Assembly: GCF_009914755.1 (NCBI RefSeq)
Contig: NC_060947.1
Source: the human T2T-CHM13v2.0 reference genome, Homo sapiens
Strand: one strand, 5' to 3'
Length of the DNA: 64,000 bases
Part shown: in pieces, positions 12,679 to 27,953 of the stretch
Layout of the letters: each line of letters opens with the position of its first letter
How positions within the stretch are numbered: the stretch's first letter is position 1
The notes under the pieces: generated by a model
What the model was told of the DNA's origin: nothing
What the model saw: only the letters and a program-made list of their open reading frames with translations
Databases searched by the model: none
Position numbers and translations under genes: made by a program

Positions 12679-14057
12679 GTGACTTTCTTTGTTTAACGAT
12701 TAAACACAATGGTCAGAAATCAATAAATCATTTGAATGAAAATTGAATAAAAGCTATAAATGATCTTTCCATAGTTTGTTTTTTTAAAACTTTAAGTCAT
12801 GCTATGTTAAATTAAGTAACAGATCATAATAACATTTCTGAGTCATTTATATTGTATAGAAAAGCTAACTATATTTAAATCTGTTCATAAATTGAAAACA
12901 ACATCTTTCTAAAAATTATGAAATGGTTTACATCTACCAATACTGGTATGAAACTGTTCAAAATTACTTGCTTCTTAGGTTCTTAACTGTAAATTAGGAT
13001 TATTAGGGGTTTATATTGAAGTTTATATATAATTAAAACTATTAGATATAATAGAAACAATTCTATATACAGAGTAAATAAAAAAGTAAGATGCATTTTT
13101 GATTAAAAAAGCTAAAAAGGGTATCATTTTTCTCTTACATTAGAGAAAAATTTGTGTGGTAAAAATAACAAAGAGAAAAAATATTTTTTGCCTAAATTGT
13201 CCATATATATTAAAATATATACATGACAAAATAAAAGTTTAAGCAAGTTGTAAAAGGTTTACAGAAAATTAATCTCATGAAGGAAATTATGTGTGATGAA
13301 GTTCACTAAAATTAGAAGGGAATTATTTATAAGTTCCTATGAAAATTGAGCAATAATATCAAAATACACAAATGCAAAGCCATAGTCTTTGCCCCTGTGT
13401 CAGAACAACAGAGGTTTTTAGATCATCGATCTGCTTTTTAATTTAATCATTTTAAGAGGTTGTTAAAGGCTTATGAAAATTTTAACTCCTGTGCTCAAAG
13501 CTGACTTAAATTTGATGGATTTCTTTATCAGGTATTATTAAAATTAGTTTCCATATAGATATACACTAATATAAATGTAAAATTTGGTTTTCTTCTTTGC
13601 ATAAGAATTTAATGTAGTATTAATAAGATATAGTAAAAGATTTGTTTAACTTTTGAGTAAATGACAGAAAAGGCAGGGAAAAGTTTGCATCATACTGTCT
13701 TTTTTAGGATTCTCAATTGCAAACAGTCTCTTCTCTATCAAAGAATAAAAGTTTTCACTTTATGAAATCTTTACATAATAATGTTCGATAAATAAATGAC
13801 AGTTATATTCAGTGATCTGTGGTTCTATTTTAATCGTGTATTTTAGAACTTTTTTATTTTAACATTAATTTAAATATTTAATATTTGACATACTACCAAA
13901 AATTAAATTTCAAATTCTAAAATGTAGTCGTATTGACCCAAGCTAACTTGGACATAACAAGAACCCCTGGGTGACCAAGAGATACATACTAGACTTATTC
14001 AGTATGTTAAAATCATATGGAAAGACTTGTCAACTTGTCAATTAAGAAATGGTGTTT

Positions 14058-14358
<301 letters not shown>

Positions 14359-15091
14359 TCAACTTTCTTTGAGTTAATTTACATAAATGTGTAATCAACA
14401 TGTGTTCCAAAATTGTAGGAAATTCCTAAATTTCTGATATGTCTTGATATATGTCATCAGTCATAATTATCATTATTATAGTAAATTGATGTATGCCCCA
14501 GAAATAACCAAATTCAGTCTTAAATTGTGTCTTTAACAATGGCTATTTTAAGCCACTTGTCATCCACAGATAATTATGGTTTTTCTTTAATTCTTATCAA
14601 AATTCAGTTTATAATCACCTTCAGTCCAAAATTTTCTTTTTCTTTGAAAAAATTTGTGAAAAGGACTCTGGCAATTATTCATGAATATAGGTTTCTGATA
14701 ACTTACATGAAACTAAACTGATAGAAAACTGTAATCCTTTTTATAACATTTTGTGTAAAATATTGCTGATTCATTTTATATTTTGTTTTCCAGAGTCAAA
14801 CATTTTTCTTTTGAGCTACGTATAGCTTACAGCAATTGAGTAAAGTATATTTTGTGAGAAAAGTTGAAACATTTACCTTCCTCTCTACCTGAATTTTGCA
14901 AAATTTGGAAACTATTCATGAGTATTCTTATATTGTGCCAATCTAGTTATTTAAATACGTTCAATTAAATCTGTTTTTTTTTTGTAATAAAACACAATTG
15001 AAAACACTGGTTATTTTACCAACACTTTAACTGGAATGGCTTATTTTCAGATGCTAATGAACAGATTGCTTTGAGAAAATGAGGTTGACTT

Positions 15092-15921
15092 TGAAATAGG
15101 AAATTTTCCCTGACCTCTTCCCAGGGTGTAGGGGAGCTGGAGCGAAGTCACTAGGGCTAGCTGGCTGCTTAGGCTGGCTTCACTCACTAGGATCCACCCC
15201 TCAGGCAAGGGGAAGTGCAGCTGAGTTGTTGCAGGAGCCAAGCCGAGGTGAGTACTTCTGGGCACTGACAGGAGCAAACTCCATGCAGGCCCCGTGGTAG
15301 TGTCTTAGGGGAGCACCTTCAACCCCTAAAGCCCCAGAAGGAGTGTTAAAGTCAGCACTCTTTTAGCTTTGGCATCTGTGGATGGCTTAAGTGTTTAACA
15401 GCTTGGTGGACCCTCTGTCTTTTCACATGGACAGAGGATCAGTGTGACAGCCTTCTGCATCCTGAGCTCTTGTCTGGTGTCCAGAGAAAATCAGGTCACA
15501 TGAATAAATTGAAGGATAGTAAATGCAGGGGATTTCACTGCCAATGGAAGTGGCTCTCAGTGGGAAGGGAAACTGGAAAGGAGATTGAGTGGGAAGGTAT
15601 TCTTCCCCTGAAGTCTGGTCATCTCTGGCCAGACACTTTCTCAAAGTCCCACCATCAAGCCATCCCTCTGATGTCAAGCTGTTTCTCTCTGATGTCCAGC
15701 TGCTTCTCCTCTCGATGTTTGGCCACTTCTTCTCTCTGCTGGTGTGATCTTGGGAGTTTTTATGGGTACAGTATGGGGGACAGGGCAGGTAATGGGTGGT
15801 TTTGGAAAATGCAGCACTCAAGTGGGAACACAGAAATGCATTTTCTCACTTTGGGCTGTAGTTCCAGGCTTGAGAGTGGGGTCTTTTCTGCCTAGAAATT
15901 ATCTGCCTCCTGTCTCTAGCA
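15092..15921 (-). mobile_element. ERV1 solo LTR of the LTR27/LTR28/LTR1 group
   Basis: TG...CA termini (tgaaatagg...tgtctctagca), perfect 4-bp TSD ACTT at 15088-15091 and 15922-15925, GC-richer than its host, with group-typical motif ggcttaagtgtt..cagct..gtggaccctctg. Confidence 0.8.
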
Positions 15922-16395
15922 ACTTGACTTTATAGAACCAATAAAAAGTCCTTTGAAAAGACTGGCCTGTTACCATGTCTATGTGCTTTCTTTATAAGCT
16001 TCCTGATCTTGCAGTAAGTGAAAAGTATTACTTCCTTACAATCCCAGGACACTCAAGGTATTTTGGGATCTTGAGCAGAGATAAACTCATTCAAATTATA
16101 CAGGCATTCCAGGCACAGTCTCATGGTAAATTCTTGGCTTGGCTTCCTAACCTTGAGAGGCTTTTAAAAGTCTAATCTGAGATTCTTTATCAAAAATTTC
16201 CAGCAAAGCCAACTTAAAACTTATATGATCATTCAGCATTCTTTTTGCACTTTATGCAAATAATCAGGCCATGTATAATACTAAAACTTATCTTGCAAGT
16301 AAATTGGCCCTACTAAGATTCAACTTTGGTAAAAATGGGGAACTGGAAAGAGAAGCACTATGTTTCATAAAAAAACTATAGCACACTTGTTATTA

Positions 16396-16475
16396 TTAGG
16401 TTCGTGCAAAAGTGATTGCAATTTCTGCTATTAAAATTAACAGCAAAACCTGCAATTACTTTTGCACCAACCTAA
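16396..16475. mobile_element. MADE1 MITE (Hsmar1 mariner derivative)
   Basis: 80-bp palindrome ttaggttcgtgcaaaagtgattgc...gcaattacttttgcaccaacctaa flanked by TA TSDs. Confidence 0.95.
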
Positions 16476-17026
16476 TAAATTCCAGCTCTGACCATTGTTT
16501 TTGAGCTTTTATTACTTTCCTACAATTTTGACTAAATTCAGAATTATTTACTGGCTATATCATTGCTCTGAAGAAGAACCAGGTTTTAATTTTCTTCATG
16601 ATGTTCTTAATTGACTCTCCAATGAAATACTTTTAGTTCTAGTGTACACATTCTCCTTTTGATTATAATCCTTATATGTAGTATAGTTCTACTATGTATC
16701 TCTCATTGTTTTACTTGTGAGAAACCTGAACTCATGGTATTCCAAAGACTAGAAATATTTCAACAAGAGACAACAGCTATATAAATCAGTGACTTGAATA
16801 TGGTCTAATTTATGCCATCCTGTGATGCCTTCCCAATTTGACTTTTGGTTTCCATACAATTGTTCACTGAGATGTATCTGTTCTCCTTGCCCCATGTAGT
16901 AAAGGATCTTCTGGGAAAAAGCCTTCTTAGCAATGTGAGACTAAATTCCTGGACATAAAAGGCCAAAATCATTTGAGTTTTTCTATGATTTTTTTCTTCT
17001 AAAGACCTTGATTAAAATGGGAAAAA

Positions 17027-17423
17027 TGAGAAAAGAAAAATAGCTCGGAGAAGTCTGACCTATGTGAGGTATAAAAAATTTATTAGGCTCAGAAAGACGT
17101 GTATGGAACTTCAGCCATTCTTCCCCACACCCCCATGCCCAGAAGCAATTGTTTAAAGGTAATTTTTGCCTAATTGCCTCATATATTATCTTCATGTTCC
17201 TGGAATTTGCAATTAAAACGACAAGGTATGGCCAATCAATAGATTATGCTATTTTAATGTAAATTTTTGACAAACAACTTGAAAATCACCTCTTCTTTTT
17301 CTTTAATACCCCACTTGTAACTGCTGCTAATGCTATGCCCCCTTGTGGTCATTCTCAATCTTTTAGCTCAAATAATCTGTATAATTTATAATATTTTCTG
17401 TATTTCATTGTGTAACCTTGACA
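17027..17423 (+). mobile_element. ERV1 3' LTR (MER93-like, tentative), 397 bp
   Basis: TG...CA ends, preceded by a PPT, homologous to 2696-2998. Flanking 4-mers ctga (2692-2695) and ctaa (17424-17427) fit a decayed TSD. Confidence 0.8.
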
Positions 17424-17803
17424 CTAAGTGCCTAAGAACTAGGGTAGCGGATGTTGTGATTCTCAGTCCAAGGCCAAAGGCCTGAGAACTCATGGGTCTG
17501 CTGGTGTAAGTTCCTGTGTCCAAAGGCCACAGAGCCTGGAATTCTAATATTTATAGCTAGGTGAAGAAGAGTGTCATAGCTCAAGGAGAGAGAAAAAAGT
17601 TGTTTCTCCTCTGACTATTTTGTTCTATATGGGTTTCCAGCTGATTGGATGATGCACTCTGACATTGAGAAAAGATCTTCTCCATTCATTATACTGAGTC
17701 ACATGCCAATCTTTTCTGGAAAGAATGTAGCATACACACTCAAAAATAATGCCTTAGGTATTCCTTAATCCAGCCAAATTGACACCTGAAATTAACTATC
17801 ACA
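17424..17803 (-). mobile_element. MLT2B-type LTR, second piece
   Basis: Resumes the MLT2B sequence (ctcagtccaaggccaaaggcctgagaac...) and ends ...ttgacacctgaaattaactatcaca, the MLT2 terminus. Confidence 0.85.
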
Positions 17804-17945
17804 GGTGCTTTTAAAAGATTTACTCAGACTCCGTCTAGATCAATTAAATTGGAATCTCTGAAGCCTAGTGCCTGGGCATTAATATTTTTATTAAATCTCT
17901 TGGAGTAAGCCTAATGTACACACAAAATTGAAAACCACCACATCT
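17804..17945. mobile_element. MER5A/B (hAT-Charlie) fragment
   Basis: ggaatctctg...gcctgggcatt..tattttta..aaatctcttgga..a..ctaatgtaca...ttgaaaaccac resembles a MER5 terminal arm. Confidence 0.55.
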
Positions 17946-18708
17946 AAGTAAGTCTGCAAATTTGTCAAAATTGCTTATTTTCCTAGGTCCCCAGTGTTCT
18001 CCTTCTCTAGGTCCTTCTGGTCACCTGGTAAACAACCAGATTAATTAATTTTGGAATAAACCATCTAAAAATGAAACTCAAACGGTAAAAATTATAGCAC
18101 TGTGAGATCAGGGTATGAAACTATACTGATATACCCTAAAGCACTACACATCAGACTTTCGAAGCTCAGTTACTTCTCTGGTGCTTCTTAATCTTGTCAT
18201 CCAAATGAGTCACTGTCTTATCTGTCTATGTTTAAGAACCCAGGCCATAAGGAAAATAACTGGTAAGCCACACTGTTCTACTCTGATGCAAGGGAGGTAT
18301 CCTCTGCTGCGGAGTTGTTCTGTCTAAGTCAGTTGCAAGCATTTTTTTTTAGATAAACTTTATTTTTAGAGCAGCTATGTGTTCAGAGTAAAATTGAGTA
18401 AAAAATACAGAGATTTTCTATAAACTTCTTGCCCCCTCAAATGCACAGCTTCCCTACATTATCAACATCTTTCATCACAGTGGTGCATTTGTTACAACTG
18501 GTATAACTCCACTGAGACATCATTATCACCCAAAGTTTATATTTTACATTAAGATGTTGTACATTCTACAAGACTTGACAAGTATATAACACATGTATCC
18601 ATCTTTATAGTCTCATACAAAGTGTCTTCACTTTCCTAAAAATCTTCTGTGCTTTGCCTGTTTCTCCCTCTCTCCCTGAAATCCTGGCAAATCTGATCTT
18701 TTTACTGA

Positions 18709-19078
<370 letters not shown>

Positions 19079-19211
19079 TTCAGATTATTTTCTTTTGTTT
19101 AGTAGTATGTTTTTAAAGTTTTCTCCATTTTTTTTTTCATGGCTTGTTAGATCATTTCTTTTTGGTGCTGAATAATATTTCATTGTCTGAATGTACCACA
19201 GCTTATTTATT

Positions 19212-19524
<313 letters not shown>

Positions 19525-19692
19525 TACACAGCTTATTTATTTATTCAGCTACTGAGGGACATCTTGGTTGCTCCCAAGTTTTGGCAATTATTAATCAAAT
19601 TGCTACAAATAATTATATGAAGTTTTTGTTGTGTATGTTAGTTTTCAACTTATTTCGGTAAATACCAAAATGTGCAATTGCCAAATGGTATG

Positions 19693-20355
19693 TGCTATAG
19701 ACTGAATGTTTGTGTCCCCTGACAATTAATATGTCAAATTCTAATCCCAATGTGATGATATTTAGAAGTGGGACCTTTGGGAAGTGATTAGGTCATGAGG
19801 GTGGAACCCTCATAAATTGGATTAATGCCACTATAAAAGAGCCCCCAGAGAAGAGTGTGTGTTGGGGAAATGTGAGGAGAGGCAGGCTAATGAGTACAAG
19901 CAACTAGATGGAAGGAATAAGTTCTAGTGTTTGATAGCACACTAGGGTGACTATACTTAACAGCAGTATATTGTATGTTTCTAAGTAGCTAGAACAAAGA
20001 CTTGAAATATTCCCAACACAAAGAGATGATAGTTGTTCAAAATGATGGATATCCTAAAAGCCCAGATTTAATCATTGCATATCCTATGAACATATCAAAA
20101 TATCACAGGTATCTCAAAAATATGTACAAATATTATGCATCAATTTAAAAATTTTAAAAGACCCTTGAGAGGTTACTTGCCCTTTCTGCCATCTGAGGAC
20201 ACAGCAAAAAGATGGTCATCTATGAACCAGGAAGCAGACTCCTAGAAGACACAAAAATATGCTAGCACCTTAGTTTTCGGAACTATGAGAAATAAATACT
20301 TGTCTATAAGCCACACAGTATGAAAGTCTATTATATCAGCCCAGAAAGACTAAGA
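19693..20355 (+). mobile_element. MLT1A0 solo LTR (MaLR) split by an L1 fragment
   Basis: tgctatagactgaatgtttgtgtcccc...gactaaga. Perfect 5-bp TSD GTATG at 19688-19692 and 20356-20360. Confidence 0.9.
19851..20155 (+). mobile_element. 5'-truncated L1MA-type 3' end
   Basis: ggaataagttctagtgtttgatagcac..tagggtgactata...tatgtacaaatattatg 3'UTR. Degenerate TSD taaaagagcccccagag / taaaagacccttgagag. Confidence 0.85.
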
Positions 20356-20842
20356 GTATGGTAAGAGTATGTTTAGTTTTGTGAGAAACTGCCTGTCTTA
20401 TAAAGTGCTTGTACCATTTTGTATTCCACCATCAATGAACAATAATTTCTTTTGCTCAACATCCTCACCAAAATTTAGTCGATGTCCTGGATTTTCCATA
20501 TTTTAATAGGTTTGTAATGGTATCTCATTGTTATTTCAATTTGCAGTTTAATAGTAATAGTGATGTTGAGCATCTTTGCATGTGCTTATGTGCCGTCTGT
20601 ATATCTTCCCTTGTGATGTATCTGTAGAGGGATTTCACCCGTTTTATAATCAGGTTGTTAGTTTTCTTATTGTTGAGTTTCAAAGGGCATTTATATATTT
20701 TAAATAAGAGTGTTTTATCATATATTTTTTCCAAATATTTTATCTTATTTAGTGGCTGACCTCTTCTTTTCTTGTTGTCTTTTATGGAGCAGTTTTTAAG
20801 TGAAGTCCAGCTTATCATTTCTGTCATAGATTATGCTTTTGA

Positions 20843-21510
<668 letters not shown>

Positions 21511-22395
21511 GCATAGATTTTCTCCTATATTATCTACTAGGGACTTTACAGATTTGTGTTTTACATTTAGTTCTATAATTTTTTTGAGTGAATTTTGTGA
21601 CGGATGTAAAGTCTGAGTCTAGATTCTTTTTTTTTTCACATGTGGATGTCCAGTTGTTCTAGCATCATTAGTTAAAACATTTATCTTTGCCCTATTGTAT
21701 TGCCTTTGCTTCTTTTTACTGAGACAACAACTATTAATCAAAATAATTGTTTTTCCCAAGCTTTATTGAAGAATAATTGCCAAATAGAAGTGTTATATAA
21801 TTAGATATACTTTAAGCTTTGATATATGTATATGTCGTGAAATGATTACCAGAATCAAGAAAATTAGCATATGCATCACCGCACATGGTGGTAAGAACAG
21901 TTAAGATCTACTCTCTTAGCAAATTTCAAGTATGCAATACATTATTTTTAACAAAAGTCAGCATACCACACATTACATTACTAGAAGCTATTTATCAACA
22001 ATAAACTGCCAGTTTGTACTCTTTAACCAATGTATTCCTAATTCCCCAATCATTATCCCAGCAAACAACATTGTAAATTCTGCTTCTATGAGTTCATCTT
22101 TTTTAGATTCTACATATAGGTAAAATCATGCATTATTTGTCTTTCTATGCCTGGCTTGCTTTACTTTGCATAATGTTCTTCAGTTTCATCCATCTTGTCA
22201 CAAATGGGAGAATTTCCTCCTGTTACTATTTTTTTCATGCATTTTACTTCCTTTGGCTATATAATTAGGGGTGAAATAGCTGGATCAGAGGGTAGTCATT
22301 TTACTAATTTTTGGAGAAACTTTTATAGTGTTTTCCATAATGGCTGTACCAATTTACATTCCCACAAACAATGTACAAGGGTTCCCATTTGTCCA

Positions 22396-23405
22396 AAAAT
22401 TTACAAGTGAGATTTAGTTAATCTAAAGAGCTTTTGCACAGCAAGAGAAATTTTTAGCAGACTAAACAGACAACTTACAGAATGAGATAACATATTCACA
22501 AACTATATGTCTGACAAAGGTCTAATATGCGGAATCTATAAGGAACTTAAATAAATTAACAAGAAAAAAACAGCCCCATTAAAAAGTGGGCAGAGGACAT
22601 AAACAGACCCTTCTCAAAAAAAAAAAAAATACAAGCAGCAAACATATGAAAATGTGCTCATCATCACTAATCATCAGAGAGATGCAAAGCAAACCACAAT
22701 GAGATACCATCTCACACTAGTCAGAATGGCTTTTGTTATAAAGTCAAAAAATAACAGATTTTGGAGAAGGTGTGGAGAAAAAGGGACACATATATACTGT
22801 TTGTGGTAATGTAAATTCGTCCTGCCACTGTAGAGAGCAGTTTGGAGATTTCTCAAAGGACAAAAATTTGAACTTCCATTTAACCCAGCAATCTCATTAC
22901 TGGATATATTCCCAAAGGAAAATAAATTTTTCTTCCAAAAAGACACAATCACCTGCATGTTCATAGTACTTTTTGCAATAGCAAAAACATGGAATCAACC
23001 CAGGTACTCATCAACAGTGGACTGGATAAACAAAAGGTGATAAATACACATCGTAGAATACTATGTCACCATAAAAAAGAAAAAAAATATTTTCTTTGCA
23101 GAAACATGGATGTAGCTGAAGGCCATTATCCCAAGCAAACTAATGCAGAAATAGAAAAGAAAATACCACATGTTCTTATAAGTGGGAGCTAAACATTGGA
23201 TAGATAGACATAGTGATAGGAATGGTAGACACTGGGGGAAGCTAAAAGGAGGGAGAGGGAGGGGGGCAAGAGCTGAAAAACCACCTGTTGGATACTATGC
23301 TCACTACTGGGTGACGGGTGCAGTTGTACCTCAAACTTCATCATTGTGCAATATACCTTGGTACTGCACATGTACCCCCGATTCTAAAATAAAAGTTGAA
23401 AAAAA
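22396..23405 (+). mobile_element. 5'-truncated L1PA15/L1PA16-like LINE
   Basis: ORF2 C-terminus plus 3'UTR (gctgaaaaaccacctgttggatactatgctcactac...taaaataaaagttg, A tail). Degenerate TSD aagggttcccatttgtcca / aagaacctccctttgtcca. Confidence 0.85.
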
Positions 23406-24664
23406 AGAACCTCCCTTTGTCCATGTCCTCACCAACACTGATTATTTTTTATCTTTTTGATAATAGTAATTCTAAGAAGTATGAGATATCATACTATTTA
23501 TTGTTTTAATTTACAGTTTCCTGGTAATTAGGGATGTTGAACATTTTTTTTTTATATACCTGTTGGCCATTTGTACTTCTTCTTTTGAGAAATGTCTATT
23601 CAGGTCCTTGTCCTATTTTGTAATCATGTTATTTGTTTTCTTGTTTTTGAGATGACTGAGATCTTTACTTTTTTTATATTAACCCCTTATCATATGTATG
23701 GTTTGACAACATATTATCCCATTCTGTAGGTTTCTTTTCACTCTGCTGATTGACTTTTTTTCCGTGCATAAGCTTTTTAGTTTGATGCAGTCTCATTTGT
23801 CTATTTTAGCTTTTGATGCCTGTGTTTTTGGTGTCATATTCAAACAATAATTGCCCAGTTAAATGTCAATAAGCTTTCTCCCTATACTTTGGTTTTTGTA
23901 GTTTTAAGTTGTATGCTTAAGCCTTTGATACAGTTAATTTTTGTGAATGGTATAAAATAAGATTCTAATTTCATTTTTCTGTATGTGGATACTCAGTTTG
24001 CCAAACACCATTTATTGAAGAGATACTTTTTTCCCCATTGTGTGTTCTTGGTAACTTTGTCAAATATCAGTTGTTGATAATTGTGTGGATTTATTTCTTC
24101 ACTCTTTATTCAGTTCCATTGGTTTATATGCTTGTTTTTATGCCAGTACCATTGTGTTCTGATTATTATAACTTTATATTATATTTAGAAATCAAGTAGT
24201 GTGATCCTTCCAACATTGTTATTCCTCTTCAAGATTGCTCTAGCTGTTTTGGTCTTTCGTGATTCCATACTAAATTTAGTGCAGTTTTACTGTATGTAAA
24301 AATTGTCGTTAAAATTTTGATAAGGATTGTATTAAACCTATAGATTCTGTTGGATAGCATAACAATTTTAACATTATTAATTATTCCAATCCATTAACAC
24401 AAGACATCCTTCCATTTATTTATGTCTTCTTCAATTTTCCTTATTAATATCTTAGTTTTCAGAGTACAGATCTTGTATGTCCTTGGTTAAATTTTTTTCT
24501 AAACATTTTATTCTCCCAATGCTATTAAAGGGGAATTGTTCTTTTAATTTTGTGTATGGTTTATTGTTAATGTATAGAAATGCAACTGTATCTTGTATGT
24601 TAGTTATGTGTCATATAACTTTACTGCATTTATTAGTTCTAACAGTTTTTTAGTTGAGTCTGAT

Positions 24665-24665
<1 letters not shown>

Positions 24666-24710
<45 letters not shown>
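24666..24710. repeat. (TA)n microsatellite
   Basis: Seen directly. Confidence 0.97.
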
Positions 24711-24712
<2 letters not shown>

Positions 24713-24744
24713 CATCTGTTTACAGAGATGATTTGACTTCTTAA

Positions 24745-27700
24745 AAATTAACTGCTTAAGCTGCATCTCGAAGATTCTGGTACATTGCCTTTTTGTTCTT
24801 ATTGGTTTCAAAGAACATCTTGATTTCTACCTTAATTTCATTATTTACCCAGGAGTTATTAAGGAGCAAGTTTTTCAGTTTCCATGTAGTTGTGTGGTTT
24901 TGAGTGAGTTTCTTAATCTTGAATTCTAATTAGATTGTGTTGTTGTCTGAGAGCCTGTTATGATTTCAGTTATTTTGCGATTCCTGAGGAGTGTTTTACT
25001 TCCAATTACGTGATTGATCTTAAAGTGCCATGTGGCGCCAAAAATAATGTGTATTCTGTTGTTTCTGGGTGAAGAGTTCTGTAGATAATTATCAGGTCCA
25101 CTTGATCCAGTGCTGAGTTCAAGTCCTGAATATCCTTGTTAATTTTCTGTCTTTATGATCTGTCTAATATTGATGATGAGGTGTTAAAGTCTTCCACTAT
25201 TATTGTGTGGGAGTCTAAGTCTCTTTGTAGGTCTCTAAGGAACTTGTTTTATGAATCTGGGTGCTCCTGTGTTGGGTCCATAATTATTTAGGATAATTAG
25301 CTTTTCTTGTTGAATTGATCCTTTTGCCATTATGTAATGTCCTTTTTTTTTTCTTTTTTGATCTTTGTTGGCTTAAAGTCTGTTTTGTCAGAAAATAAGA
25401 TTGCAACCCCTGCTTTGTTCTGCTTTCCATTTGCTTGGTAAATTTTCCTCCACCTTTTTATTTTGAGCCTATGTGTGTCTTTGCACATGAGATGGGTTTC
25501 TTGAATACAGCACACCAGTAGGTCTTGACTCTTTGTCGAGCTTCCATTCTGTGTCTTTGAATTGGTACATTTAGCCCATTTACATTTAAAGTTAATATTG
25601 TTATGTGTGAATTCAATCCTGTCAGCATGATGCTACCTGGTTACTTTTCAAACTTTTTGATGTAGTTGTTTCATAATGTTATTAGTATTTGTACTTCAGT
25701 GTGTTTTTGTAGTGGTTGGTAATGGTTTTTCCTTTCCATATATAGTGCTTCCTTCAAGACCTCTTGTAAGGCAGGCCTCGTGGTGGTGAATTCCCTAAGC
25801 ATTTGCTTGTCAGAAAAGTATTTTATTTCTCCTTCTCTTATGAAGCTTAGTTAGGCCAGATATGAAATTCTGGGTTGGAAATTCTTTTCTTTAAGAATGT
25901 TGAATATTGGCCCCCAATCTCTTCTGGCTCGTAGGGTTTCTGCTGAGAGGGTCACTGTTAGTCTGATGGGTTTCTCTTTGTAGGTGACCTGGCCTTTCTC
26001 TCTGGCTGCCCTTAATATTTTTTACTTCATTTCAACCTTGGAGAACCCGATGATGTTTCTTATGGTTGATCTTCTCATGGAATATCTTACTGGGATTCTC
26101 CGGATTTCTTGAATTTGAATGTTGGCCTGTCTTGTTAGGTTGAGAAACTTCTCCTGGATGACATCCTGAAGTATGTTTTCCAGCTTGGTTCCATTCTCCC
26201 AGTCTCTTTTAGGTATCTCCATTAGACATAGGTTCAGTCTTTTTACATAATTTCATAGCTCTTGGAGGCTTTGTTTGTTCCCTTTCATTCTTTCTTTTCT
26301 AATCATATCTGCCTGTCTTATTTCAGCAAGATAGTTATCAAGCTCAGAAATTCTTTCCTCTGCTTGGTCTATTTAGTTATTAATATTTGTGGTTGCACCG
26401 TGAAGTTCTCATGTTGTATTTTTCAGCTCCATCAGATTGTTTATGTTCCTCTCTAAACTGGTTACTCTGGTTGACAGCTCTTGTAATGTTCTTCCATGGT
26501 TCTTAACTTCTTTGCATTGGATTAGAACATGCTCCTTTAGCTAAGCAAAGTCCATTATTACCCACTTTTTGAAGCCTACTTCTGTCAATTCATACATCAC
26601 TGCCTTGAACCAGTTATGTGCCTTTGCTGGAGAGGTGTCGCAAACATTTGGAAGAGAAGAAGCACTCCAACTTTTTGAGTTTTCAGCATTTTTTTGATGA
26701 ATCTTTCTCAGTTTGCAAGTTTATCTAGCTTCAATCTTTGATGCTGCTGATGTTTGGATGGAGTTTTTGTGGGGACTTTTTGTTGATGCTGTTGTTGCTT
26801 TCTGTTTGTTTGTTTTTCTTTTAACAGGCCCCTCTTCTTTAGGGCTGCTACAGTTTGCTGGGGGTCCACTCCAGATTCAATTTGCCTGGATCCCTCCTGC
26901 CCCTGGAGGTATCAGCAGTGGAGGCTGCAGAACAGCAAAGATGGCCACCTGCTCCTTCCTCTGGGGTCTCTATTTCAGAGGGGCACTGACCCGATGCCAT
27001 TGGAAATGCTCCTGTATAAGGTGTCCAGCAACCCCTCCTGAGAGGCACCCTGTCAGGAGGCACAGGATCTGGGATCCACTTAACAAAGCACTCTGGCTGC
27101 CCCTCGGAGGAGGGGTTGCACTGTGCTGTGGGGAGCCCCACTCATCTGGACTGCCCAGATTAATCAGAGCCAGCAGGGGGAAAGACTAAGTATGGTGATC
27201 TCTGGAGACTGCAGCCACCCCTCCCCCAGGGACTCAGTCTCATTGAGGTTAGAGTTCTGTACTGAAATCCCTGGCTGTAGTTGCTGAAATTTCTCCAGGG
27301 AGGCCCCTCCAGTGAGGAGGGATGAGCCAGGGTCTGTCCTAAAGAGGCAGTCTGGCCACAATCTGCCACAACCACTGTGCTACATTATGGAGAATTCCTC
27401 CTGGATCCAAAGTGTCTATCTTCCTGGCACCAGCAGGAAAAAACAGCAGACTGGAGCTGCAGTGATGGCCACTGCCCCTTCCCCCAGAAGCAAAGTCATC
27501 TTAGGCAGCAGGCAGCCACAGTAATGATGGCTTCCCCTCCCCCAGGAGCTCAGTAGTCTTAGGCAGTCTCCAACTGAGTGGCCACTGAGAACCTGCCCAG
27601 CTCTGTGCTTGGGATCCAAGGCTCTTTGCATGGGCTCACAAGGGGGATCTCCTGATCTCTGGGTTGCATGGATCCATGAAAATAGTGTGATCTTCCAGGC

Positions 27701-27953
27701 AGCATAGCACAATCACTCACTGCCACCCTTGGCTAGGGGTGGGAGATCCCCTTGCTCCATGTGTCTCCCAAGTGGGCCATTATACCACCCTGCATTTCCT
27801 TGGTCTCCATGGTTTGCACTAACTCTGTCTAGTCAATCCCAGTGAGAGAGCCTGGATACCTCAGTTGCTGGTGCAGGATTCACCAGCTGTTTTTGTTCTC
27901 TGTGGGAGCCTCCAAGCACAGCTGTTCTAGTTGGCCATCTTGACACCTCCCCC
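24745..27953 (-). mobile_element. Older primate L1PA (L1PA8-13/L1P3-like), 5' half only: 5'UTR, ORF1 and ORF2 endonuclease
   Basis: ORF 25330-25515 CCIQETHL...KAGVAILFSDKTDFKPTKIKK (endonuclease) and ORF 26022-26222 ENGTKLENILQDVIQE (ORF1p). 5' end ggggaggtgtcaagatggccaactaga on minus. No 3'UTR or poly-A. Confidence 0.9.

Noticed and set aside
15423-15935. 132- and 141-aa ORFs on opposite strands
   Set aside because: They lie within a solo LTR bounded by an ACTT TSD; no recognisable domain.
26713-27712. Several 65-158-aa ORFs in a GC-richer stretch that might suggest a promoter or exon
   Set aside because: This is the L1PA 5'UTR and is CpG-depleted; no independent coding signal.
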